Source: Candidatus Latescibacterota bacterium
GTDB taxonomy: Bacteria > Latescibacterota > CBDEFO01
Assembly: GCA_965237525.1 (NCBI GenBank)
Contig: CBDEFO010000008.1
Span: 672,001-736,000 of the forward strand
DNA length: 64,000 bases
Reading direction: 5' to 3'
Under the pieces are notes generated by a model. The model did not search any database. It saw only the letters and a program-made list of their open reading frames with translations, and was not told the DNA's origin. Every line of letters begins with the position of its first letter. Positions within the stretch are counted from its first letter, which is position 1. Below, in pieces: positions 31,578-40,431 of this stretch. The translations under genes and the position numbers were made by a program.

Positions 31578-33551
31578 TTAGAAATATCCGAGGCTATTTT
31601 CGGTCATCCCTGTGAAAAAGTCTATTACCAACCACATCCCAGAAGCAAATACCGCCCCCAAAATCAATCCCAGGAAAAATGGCCTCGTCCTTCTATACAA
31701 CAGCGATCCACCATATTTGAGAATTATCGTCTTAAAGAGCCATGCTAAAAATACGGAAAACCAGACCGCATTCATAGTATAGAACGTGCTGGTGGCAAAT
31801 CCCAGAGGGTGTACAGGCCACCACAAAAACCGATACCTGGCAAACGTCAAAAGACCCATGAGAAGAGCACCTATAGCCGTAAATATCCATCCCCCAATAT
31901 TCGCCGCGACAGGATCGGCAAATTTAGGGGCTATGTATGTAAAAGCCATCTGGGGGACAAAAATGAAAAAGAAGTGGTCGAGATTGATCCCTCCGTGCTC
32001 GTAAGATATTCTCATAATCTCCCATATAGACCCAGCTATGGTGACCACCACTGCTATTGCCACCGCCCAAATTAAAGGTCTTTTACTCCCCTTTATCTCC
32101 TCTGCTAATTTCAGCGCATTGGCAAAACAGGGCATAAAGAACAGGCGAATATTGGAGCTCCAAACATACGTAAATGCTAAAGCTACCAGCCCGGACGATC
32201 CCAGGACACTGGTCCCCAATCCAGAAACGACGAAGTCTGAAGGAATTATAGGTGTCCTGATGAACGATGCACCTCCCTCTATCACCGCTCTGGTTATGGC
32301 TGTAAATATAATAAAGACTGCAAATAAGAATATGGGCACGATCCAGAGGGGGAAACCAGACTTCCAGAGCCAGATGCTCATAAGAAAAAGCCCGATCAAA
32401 AGCCCATATACTGCTCTTCGATAAGATAGCACCTCCCCTGAATCATCTACATCCGGGTCTCCCCTGAAGGTCTTCCTGAACACATCTCCAAGATGTCCTC
32501 TGGCTACCCACAGCCCCGACAACACCAACACTATCATAGCTCCCATCGTCTGATGTGCAAGGTAGGGACCTACCAGATCTACAAATCTGCTCAACTTCTC
32601 TGTGCTCTGAAAGCCGATAATTCCGAATATGCCCCTTTCTACCAGCGTCAGAAGAAAAAAGAGCCAGAATCCCAGTGCAATGTCCCGGTTTAAAAGATAC
32701 GCAAAACCGAGCAGCTGAAAGTTCACATATAACGCTATCGATATAGTATTCCTGAACAGCGACAGACCAGTGCCTATTTCGATATGCGGGATGAAAGGGA
32801 AGTAATTGTGAAAGGCATTGACATTTCCTATTAAGAAGGGAATGGCAAAACCTATCCACATAACCGGATTCCTAAAGAAAGGTTTGATAAGGGAGCGCCT
32901 CTCATCGTCCTGCATCATCTCCAGGGGGACCTGAACCAAAGGATAGAGCAACCTTTCTCTCTCCATCCACTGCTTCCTCAAGATTATCATCGTACATATC
33001 ATCACAAAATAGAGGGTGACAATGAACAGACACCAGTAAAATATCGGCTCAAACCATTCGTCCCAGGGCACAGACTGGCCTTGGGGGAGACCCTCATAGA
33101 AATACCTTATTGCGTCCGGATCCTTGGGTGTTATCCACTCTGGCACGCTGGGATGAATAAGGTTTGCCCAGTCGTTCTCAGGTGTGGCAAAATAGTAAAG
33201 GCCAATGATGATAGGCAGGACGTATTGGGAAAATCCAACGGTGGGTATAGCTGTTGCGATCATCACCATAATATAGACTGTAGCTAACTCTGCGCGGCTG
33301 AGGGCAAAGCTCCTTCTCAGGGCGCCTAAAATCACGTTGATGATCGCAACCAAGATGAAGAAGATAAAAAGAGCGGCAGGAGCGCTGAAATTATGAGCAA
33401 CCCGCGTCCCCTTAGTGATCATACTGGAATAGGGAACAGCGATGCCTATAAACAGTGATAAGAGCGCTCCGATAAAAATACACCTGAACGTAATACTTGA
33501 TGACTCATCTTTTACTGGGTCGGATAGAGTATGTCTTTGTGTTGAGAGCAT
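31578..33551 (-). CDS. DUF6785/DUF6784-type polytopic membrane protein (putative OPT-like transporter), copy 1
   Basis: About 16-18 hydrophobic segments. LRKQW..ERL.YPL, WWPVHPLGF, LKYGG..LY...PFFLGLILG. Confidence 0.75.
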   Translation of the reverse strand: MLSTQRHTLSDPVKDESSSITFRCIFIGALLSLFIGIAVPYSSMITKGTRVAHNFSAPAALFIFFILVAIINVILGALRRSFALSRAELATVYIMVMIATAIPTVGFSQYVLPIIIGLYYFATPENDWANLIHPSVPEWITPKDPDAIRYFYEGLPQGQSVPWDEWFEPIFYWCLFIVTLYFVMICTMIILRKQWMERERLLYPLVQVPLEMMQDDERRSLIKPFFRNPVMWIGFAIPFLIGNVNAFHNYFPFIPHIEIGTGLSLFRNTISIALYVNFQLLGFAYLLNRDIALGFWLFFLLTLVERGIFGIIGFQSTEKLSRFVDLVGPYLAHQTMGAMIVLVLSGLWVARGHLGDVFRKTFRGDPDVDDSGEVLSYRRAVYGLLIGLFLMSIWLWKSGFPLWIVPIFLFAVFIIFTAITRAVIEGGASFIRTPIIPSDFVVSGLGTSVLGSSGLVALAFTYVWSSNIRLFFMPCFANALKLAEEIKGSKRPLIWAVAIAVVVTIAGSIWEIMRISYEHGGINLDHFFFIFVPQMAFTYIAPKFADPVAANIGGWIFTAIGALLMGLLTFARYRFLWWPVHPLGFATSTFYTMNAVWFSVFLAWLFKTIILKYGGSLLYRRTRPFFLGLILGAVFASGMWLVIDFFTGMTENSLGYF

Positions 33552-33895
33552 TTCAAAAAAGATGGATCCTGAAGTAGGGTGAATCGTATCATACAAAAAT
33601 GCGAGGCGGAAAGCTCCCGGATTTACCAGACAGAGTCATCACGGCTGTGGCTTGTTGTTCGGGGAAATAGCTCGCTCTGTGTGCCAGCAGGAAGAGATTG
33701 ATCTGGTGGGGAAGATCGACAAACAGGCCGTTTTGTAATTGATGGTTGGTGTAGCCTTTCGTCAGCAGGAGTTGAGATGACAATACTTCAGACAATGCGG
33801 TGTTCAAAACCCACGGTTTTGAGAAAGATTTATACCTATGCGGGCCTTTGTAGATTTGGAGCACGCCCCCCGCCTATCGTATACAGACTAGCCCC

Positions 33896-35872
33896 TTAAA
33901 AATATCCGACACCATTTTCGGTCATCCCTGTGAAAAAGTCTATTACCAACCACATCCCCGCAACAAATACCGCCCCCAAAATCAATCCCAGGAAAAATGG
34001 CCTCGTCCTTCTATACAACAGCGATCCACCATATTTGAGAATTATCGTCTTAAATAGCCAAGCTAAAAACACAGGAAACCAGGCCACATTCATAATATAG
34101 AACGTGCTGGTGGCAAATCCCAGAGGGTGTACAGGCCACCACAAAAACCGATACCTGGCAAACGTCAAAAGACCCATTAGAAGCGCACCTATAGCCGTAA
34201 ATATCCATCCTTCCATATTCACCGCAACAGGATTGGCCAATTTAGGGGCTATATACCTAAAAGCATTTTGGGGAACAGCGATGAAAAAGAATTCGTCAAG
34301 GTTGATCCCGCCGTGCTTATAGGACATAGTCATAATCTCCCATACAGACCCTGCTATGGTGACCGCTATAGCTACTGCCACCGCCCAAATTAAAGGTCTC
34401 TTACTCCCCTTTATCTCCTCTGCTAATTTCAGCGCATTGGCAAAACAGGGCATAAAGAAGATGCGAATATTAGCGCTCCAAACATACGTAAATGCTAAAG
34501 CTACCAGTCCGGATGACCCCAGTACACTGCTCCCCATTCCAGAAACGACGAAGTCTGAAGGCGTTATAGGCGTCCTCAGGATGGATGCACCTCCCTCTAT
34601 CACCGCTCTGGTTAGGGCTGTAAATACAACAAAGACTGCAAATAAGAATATAGGGACGATCCAGAGGGGAAAACCCGACTTCCAAAGCCAGATGCTCATA
34701 AGAAAAAGCCCGATTAACAGCCCCAAAACGGCTGTTCGATAAGATAGTACCTCCCCTGAATCATCTACATCCGGGTCTCCCCTGAATGCCTTACTAAATA
34801 CATCCCTAAGGTGTCCTCTTGCTACCCATAGCCCTGACAACGCCAATACTATCATAGCTCCCATCGCCTGATGCGCAAGGTAAGGGCCAGCGAGATTCGC
34901 AAACCTGCTTAAATTCTCCGTGCTCTGAAAGCCTATAATGCTGAATGTACCCCTTTCTACTATCGACAGAAGAAAAAAGAGCCAAAATCCTAATGCAATG
35001 TCGCGATTTAAAAGATACGCAAAACCGATCAGTGGTATGTTCACATTGAAGGAGAGCCATGTAGTATTCCTGAACAGTGCCAGACTAGTGCCTATTTCAA
35101 TACTCGGGATGAAAGGGAAGTAATTGTGAAAGGCATTGACATTTCCTATTAAAAAGGGAATGGCAAAACCTATCCACATAACCGGATTCTTGAAGAGAGG
35201 CTTGATAAGGGAGCCCCTCTCATCGTCCCGTATCATCTCCAGGGGGACCTGAACCAACGGATAGAGCAACCTCTCTCTCTCCATCCACTGCTTCCTCAGA
35301 ATTATCATCATGCATATCATCACAAAATAGAGGGTGACTATGAACAGACACCAGTAAAATATTGGCTCAAACCACTCGTTCCAGGGCACAGACCGGCCTT
35401 CAGGAAGACCCTCATAGAAATACCTTATTGCATCGGGATCCTTGGGTGTTATCCACTCTGGCACGTTGGGATGAATGAGGTTTGCCCAGTCGTTCTCAGG
35501 TGTGGCAAAATAGTAAACGCCAATGATGATAGGCAGGACGTATTCGGAAAATCCGATGGTGGGTATTGCTGTTGCGATCATCGCCATAATATAGACTGTG
35601 GCTAACTCTGGACGGCTGAGGGCAAAGCTCCTTCTGAGGGCGCCTAAAATCACGTTGATGATCGCAACGAAGATGAAGAAGACAAACAGGGCGGCGGGAG
35701 TGCTGAAATTATGAGCAAGGCGCGTCCCCTTAATGATCATACTGGAATAGGGAACAGCGATGCCTATAAATAGTGATAAGAGCGCTCCGATAAAAACGGA
35801 CCTGAACGTAATACCTGAAGCTTTAGTTTCTACTGCGTCGGATGAAGTTCTTCTATATGTCGAAGTTTCCAA
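33896..35872 (-). CDS. DUF6785/DUF6784-type membrane protein, copy 2
   Basis: Close paralog of 31578..33551 throughout. Confidence 0.75.
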   Translation of the reverse strand: METSTYRRTSSDAVETKASGITFRSVFIGALLSLFIGIAVPYSSMIIKGTRLAHNFSTPAALFVFFIFVAIINVILGALRRSFALSRPELATVYIMAMIATAIPTIGFSEYVLPIIIGVYYFATPENDWANLIHPNVPEWITPKDPDAIRYFYEGLPEGRSVPWNEWFEPIFYWCLFIVTLYFVMICMMIILRKQWMERERLLYPLVQVPLEMIRDDERGSLIKPLFKNPVMWIGFAIPFLIGNVNAFHNYFPFIPSIEIGTSLALFRNTTWLSFNVNIPLIGFAYLLNRDIALGFWLFFLLSIVERGTFSIIGFQSTENLSRFANLAGPYLAHQAMGAMIVLALSGLWVARGHLRDVFSKAFRGDPDVDDSGEVLSYRTAVLGLLIGLFLMSIWLWKSGFPLWIVPIFLFAVFVVFTALTRAVIEGGASILRTPITPSDFVVSGMGSSVLGSSGLVALAFTYVWSANIRIFFMPCFANALKLAEEIKGSKRPLIWAVAVAIAVTIAGSVWEIMTMSYKHGGINLDEFFFIAVPQNAFRYIAPKLANPVAVNMEGWIFTAIGALLMGLLTFARYRFLWWPVHPLGFATSTFYIMNVAWFPVFLAWLFKTIILKYGGSLLYRRTRPFFLGLILGAVFVAGMWLVIDFFTGMTENGVGYF

Positions 35873-35930
35873 ATCCCCCCACTTTGGAATAGTAGATGCG
35901 GATCCTCCTCCTTCCCTGTCTGCTGTTCAC

Positions 35931-37880
35931 TTAATAAGCTATGTGAACAGTTCCGGCTTTATCGTCGTTTCCTTTATCAGCCTCCATAGAAACTTGATAT
36001 ACGTAGACACCAGGAGGGACTATCTCCCCTGAATCGTCCCTCCCATCCCACTCCCGCTCGTGATGACCGATCGGATCATCCCCTGAATATACCTTCCGAA
36101 GAGAATTACCTGACAAATCTCGTATCTCAACTGTCACAAAGACCGAACCTGTAATCTCAAAGATATCATAAGATATGATGGAAACGTCGTTTATCCCATC
36201 TCCATTCGGTGTGAACGTCTCAGGCGACACGCTCACCTCAAGTACTGACTTATCTTCAACCGATGTTATCACAGATACGCTGTTCTCCTCAAACTCGGCC
36301 TTTGCATCTCCAGCGCTGACCCCCTGATGGACCTCCAACGTCCTGCTGCTGTCGAAGACACGAGCGTTGAAGGAAGAACCATATCTTAAAACCCTAGCAT
36401 CGAATACCACCTCAATCAACGCCCCTGAATCCTCCCTCTCTATTCTTGGGAAACTGACCTCGAACCGATTCTCCTCTAAAGCCTCCCGCTCAAACGGAAC
36501 ATCAATATCGTCTATCCTCACCGAATTGACAGACATAATCGTAGAAGATGTGCTCATCTCCAAACTGTCGAATCCTCTATCGTCCCCCTCTATGGTCGGC
36601 TTCACAGCGTAGGTGAAACGTGATACCTTCCCCACTTTCACCAGGACAGGAGAAATCTCACCCACCAACTTGGAGGCCGAAGGAGGGACAGAGGCGCGAA
36701 ACTCCAGAAAGTCGACGCTTCCTCCCGACTCTCCCTGTGGAAAGAAGTCGACCTTAAACTGAACGAAGCGACGGGGACTCAAAGAGACAACGGATGTGCC
36801 TAAACTGTCGGCAAAATCGTAAGGTTGAGACCAGAACGTCCAGTTGTCCCTGTCATCGGTTGTTCCCGCCTTCTCGCTGAACTTGAGCCTGTTATATCGA
36901 GACCTGGTCACTTCCTTCTTCTCACCCCCGCGCCCTGTCTCCTCCCAGTAGATATTGGGATCGTCGTCCGCTCCGCTCCTTGTCTGTATAAAGACTTTTG
37001 CGCCCGGGTCTCTACTTCCGGACCATCTAATATCGCCCCAGGCTGCTGGGCTCCCAAAGTCTATCCTGTCGGATACATATGAAGATTCTTCAAGAAAACC
37101 CTTCGCATAGACCTCTATATCTGCAATTTCCCACACTACATCGTGTTCTGCCACCACAAACTGGATGAAGGTAGTCCTTATAGGCGCCACCTCTATCTCC
37201 AGGAACTGCTCCCTGTTGTCCTTAATCTCAAGCACGGAGAATATAGAATTGTCCACCTGATCCGGTCTATTGGCCGGTTGTATCCAATCTTCCCCTTCAA
37301 CCCAGACACCTCTATGTCCGGGGAGAAGGTTGGTGATGTAGACGCGAAGCCTCTGCACAACGCCGTCCGGATTAAGGAGTCCTGATACTATCCTGATCCT
37401 GTCAATGAGAAATAGACCGCCGAGAGATATCTGGACCAAACCAAGCTCGGTATAATGATCGTGTTCGCACGTCTGCCCTCGTCTAGTATGGAAAACCTCC
37501 GCACAGCTATATGTGGGAGCATAGTACACTGTGCTCGTATCCCCGTCAAACACATCAACGTAGTCAACTGCTCCATACTCTCTACGTCCTCCTCTTTCTT
37601 CAGCTGTTGGAGCTATATTCTCCTGAGGATCTAACTCAAAAGCCTTAATCGAATTGTCCTCCATATCCAGCTGAAAGGTCCCTCCTCCCTGTGAACTGTT
37701 CAAATCCGACCAGCTTTTCTGAATAAATTCTACACCCTCACTTTCCGCCTCAGAAGGAGGAGGGAGTGCCTGGCCGCCGAATCTGTAGATGATAAGTCCT
37801 GATGAATCCTGATATGTCAGCACAACCGCTAGCATTAGGACCCACAAGCATAACCCCAATCTGCTATTTCTCATTTTCAA
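35931..37880 (-). CDS. Secreted FlgD-Ig-tailed protein, type A, copy 2
   Basis: Signal peptide. C-terminal FTPNGDGIND and WDGRDDSGEIVPPGVY. Confidence 0.75.
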   Translation of the reverse strand: MKMRNSRLGLCLWVLMLAVVLTYQDSSGLIIYRFGGQALPPPSEAESEGVEFIQKSWSDLNSSQGGGTFQLDMEDNSIKAFELDPQENIAPTAEERGGRREYGAVDYVDVFDGDTSTVYYAPTYSCAEVFHTRRGQTCEHDHYTELGLVQISLGGLFLIDRIRIVSGLLNPDGVVQRLRVYITNLLPGHRGVWVEGEDWIQPANRPDQVDNSIFSVLEIKDNREQFLEIEVAPIRTTFIQFVVAEHDVVWEIADIEVYAKGFLEESSYVSDRIDFGSPAAWGDIRWSGSRDPGAKVFIQTRSGADDDPNIYWEETGRGGEKKEVTRSRYNRLKFSEKAGTTDDRDNWTFWSQPYDFADSLGTSVVSLSPRRFVQFKVDFFPQGESGGSVDFLEFRASVPPSASKLVGEISPVLVKVGKVSRFTYAVKPTIEGDDRGFDSLEMSTSSTIMSVNSVRIDDIDVPFEREALEENRFEVSFPRIEREDSGALIEVVFDARVLRYGSSFNARVFDSSRTLEVHQGVSAGDAKAEFEENSVSVITSVEDKSVLEVSVSPETFTPNGDGINDVSIISYDIFEITGSVFVTVEIRDLSGNSLRKVYSGDDPIGHHEREWDGRDDSGEIVPPGVYVYQVSMEADKGNDDKAGTVHIAY

Positions 37881-37910
37881 CCTCCTCCTAAGTACCGAAT
37901 GACCGAAGGA

Positions 37911-38019
37911 TCAGTACGCCACAGAGAGCAAGCGATCGGCAGAATCAGAATCCACATCTACTTCGACCCTGGAAAGATATATCCCGGGAGGAACTAAATT
38001 CCCGGATCGGTCGTCCCCC
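37911..38019 (-). pseudogene. 3' relic of a type B FlgD-Ig gene
   Basis: GDDRSGNLVPPGIYLSRVEVDVDSDSADRLLSVAY*, matching the end of 40432..42975. Confidence 0.8.
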
Positions 38020-38046
38020 ACGGCCCATCGTATCCAGACCAGCCCC

Positions 38047-38387
38047 TTAAAAATATCCGACACCATTTCCCGTCATGCCTGTGAACAAGTCTATTACCAA
38101 ATAATATAGACTGTAGCTACCTCTGCGCGACTGAGGGCGAAGCTCCTTCTCAGGGCGCCTAAAATCACGTTGATGATCGCAACGAAGATGAAGAAGACAA
38201 ACAGGGCGGCAGGAGCGCTGAAATTATGGGCAACGCGCGTCCCCTTAGTGATCATACTGGAATAGGGAACAGCGATGCCTATAAATAGTGATAAGAGCGC
38301 TCCGATAAAAATGGACCTGAACGTAATACCTGAAGTTTTAGTTTCTACTGCGTCGGATGAAGTTCTTCTACATATCGTAGTTTCCAA
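38047..38387 (-). pseudogene. DUF6785 copy 3 with ~1.64 kb internal deletion
   Basis: The first ~96 codons are joined out of frame at ~38100 to the 3' end (LVIDLFTGMTGNGVGYF*). Confidence 0.85.
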
Positions 38388-38445
38388 ATCCCCCCACTTT
38401 GAAATGGTAGATACGGATCCTCCTCCTTCCCTGACTGCTGTTTAC

Positions 38446-40398
38446 TTAATAAGCTACGTCGACAGTTCCGGCTTTATCGTCGTTTCCTTTATCAGCCTCC
38501 ATAGAAACTTGATATACGTAGACACCAGGAGGGACTATCTCCCCTGAATCGTCCCTCCCATCCCACTCCCGCTCGTGATGACCGATCGGATCATCCCCTG
38601 AATATACCTTCCGAAGAGAATTACCTGACAAATCTCGTATCTCAACTGTCACAAAGACCGAACCTGTAATCTCAAAGATATCATAAGATATGATGGAAAC
38701 GTCGTTTATCCCATCTCCATTCGGTGTGAACGTCTCAGGCGACACGCTCACCTCAAGTACTGACTTATCTTCAACCGATGTTATCACAGATACGCTGTTC
38801 TCCTCAAACTCGGCCTTTGCATCTCCAGCGCTGACCCCCTGATGGACCTCCAACGTCCTGCTGCTGTCGAAGACACGAGCGTTGAAGGAAGAACCATATC
38901 TTAAAACCCTAGCATCGAATACCACCTCAATCAACGCCCCTGAATCCTCCCTCTCTATTCTTGGGAAACTGACCTCGAACCGATTCTCCTCTAAAGCCTC
39001 CCGCTCAAACGGAACATCAATATCGTCTATCCTCACCGAATTGACAGACATAATCGTAGAAGATGTGCTCATCTCCAAACTGTCGAATCCTCTATCGTCC
39101 CCCTCTATGGTCGGCTTCACAGCGTAGGTGAAACGTGATACCTTCCCCACTTTCACCAGGACAGGAGAAATCTCACCCACCAACTTGGAGGCCGAAGGAG
39201 GGACAGAGGCGCGAAACTCCAGAAAGTCGACGCTTCCTCCCGACTCTCCCTGTGGAAAGAAGTCGACCTTAAACTGAACGAAGCGACGGGGACTCAAAGA
39301 GACAACGGATGTGCCTAAACTGTCGGCAAAATCGTAAGGTTGAGACCAGAACGTCCAGTTGTCCCTGTCATCGGTCGTTCCTGCCTTCTCGCTGAACTTG
39401 AGCCTGTTATATCGAGACCTGGTCACTTCCTTCTTCTCACCCCCGCGCCCTGTGTTCTCCCAGTAGACACTGGGATCGTCGTCCGCTCCGCTCCTTGTCT
39501 GTATAAAGACTTTTGCGCCCGGGTCTCTACTTCCGGACCATCTAATATCGCCCCAGGCTGCTGGGCTCCCAAAGTCTATCCTGTCGGATACATATGAAGA
39601 TTCTTCAAGAAAACCCTTCGCATAGACCTCTACTTCTGCAATTTCCCACTCTACATCGTGTTCAGCCACCGTCAACTGGATGAAGGTAGTCCTTATAGGG
39701 GCCGGCTCTATCTCCAGGTACTGCTTCCTGTTGTCCTTAACCTCAAGCACGGACCATATAGAATTGTCAATGTGATCCGAACCATAGCTCCCCTCACTCG
39801 GTTGTATCCAATCTTCCATTTCATGATAGACACCTCTATGTCCGACGAGAAGGTTGGTAGTGTAGACGCGAACCCTCTGCACAACTTTGTCCGGATCAAG
39901 GAGTCCTGATACTATCCTGATCCTGTCAATGAGAAATAGACCGTTGAGAGATATCTGGATTAGACCTTCCGTGTCATACGGAGGTAAGATGCAGAGCTGC
40001 CGGGTTTTAAGGGCTTTCTCCGCACAGAGGTATCTGGGAAGAGTGTGCACTGTGGTCAAATCCCCGTCAAACACATCAACGTAGTCAACTGCTCCATACT
40101 CTCTACGTCCTCCTCTTTCTTCAATCGTTGGGGCTATATTCTCCTGAGGATCTAACTCAAAAGCCTTAATCGAATTGTCCTCCATATCCAGCTGAAAGGT
40201 CCCTCCTCCCTGTGAACTGTTCAAATCCGACCAGCTTTTCTGAATAAATTCTACACCCTCACTTTCCGCCTCAGAAGGAGGAGGGAGTGCCTGGCCGCCG
40301 AATCTGTAGATGATAAGTCCTGATGAATCCTTATATGTCAGCACAACCGCCAGGATAAGGACCCACAAGCATAACCCCAATCTAACATTTCTCATTTT
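38446..40398 (-). CDS. Secreted FlgD-Ig-tailed protein, type A, copy 1
   Basis: Paralog of 35931..37880 with an identical C-terminal half. Confidence 0.75.
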   Translation of the reverse strand, partial: KMRNVRLGLCLWVLILAVVLTYKDSSGLIIYRFGGQALPPPSEAESEGVEFIQKSWSDLNSSQGGGTFQLDMEDNSIKAFELDPQENIAPTIEERGGRREYGAVDYVDVFDGDLTTVHTLPRYLCAEKALKTRQLCILPPYDTEGLIQISLNGLFLIDRIRIVSGLLDPDKVVQRVRVYTTNLLVGHRGVYHEMEDWIQPSEGSYGSDHIDNSIWSVLEVKDNRKQYLEIEPAPIRTTFIQLTVAEHDVEWEIAEVEVYAKGFLEESSYVSDRIDFGSPAAWGDIRWSGSRDPGAKVFIQTRSGADDDPSVYWENTGRGGEKKEVTRSRYNRLKFSEKAGTTDDRDNWTFWSQPYDFADSLGTSVVSLSPRRFVQFKVDFFPQGESGGSVDFLEFRASVPPSASKLVGEISPVLVKVGKVSRFTYAVKPTIEGDDRGFDSLEMSTSSTIMSVNSVRIDDIDVPFEREALEENRFEVSFPRIEREDSGALIEVVFDARVLRYGSSFNARVFDSSRTLEVHQGVSAGDAKAEFEENSVSVITSVEDKSVLEVSVSPETFTPNGDGINDVSIISYDIFEITGSVFVTVEIRDLSGNSLRKVYSGDDPIGHHEREWDGRDDSGEIVPPGVYVYQVSMEADKGNDDKAGTVDVAY

Positions 40399-40431
40399 CA
40401 ACCTCCTCCTTAATACCGCGTGACAGAACAA

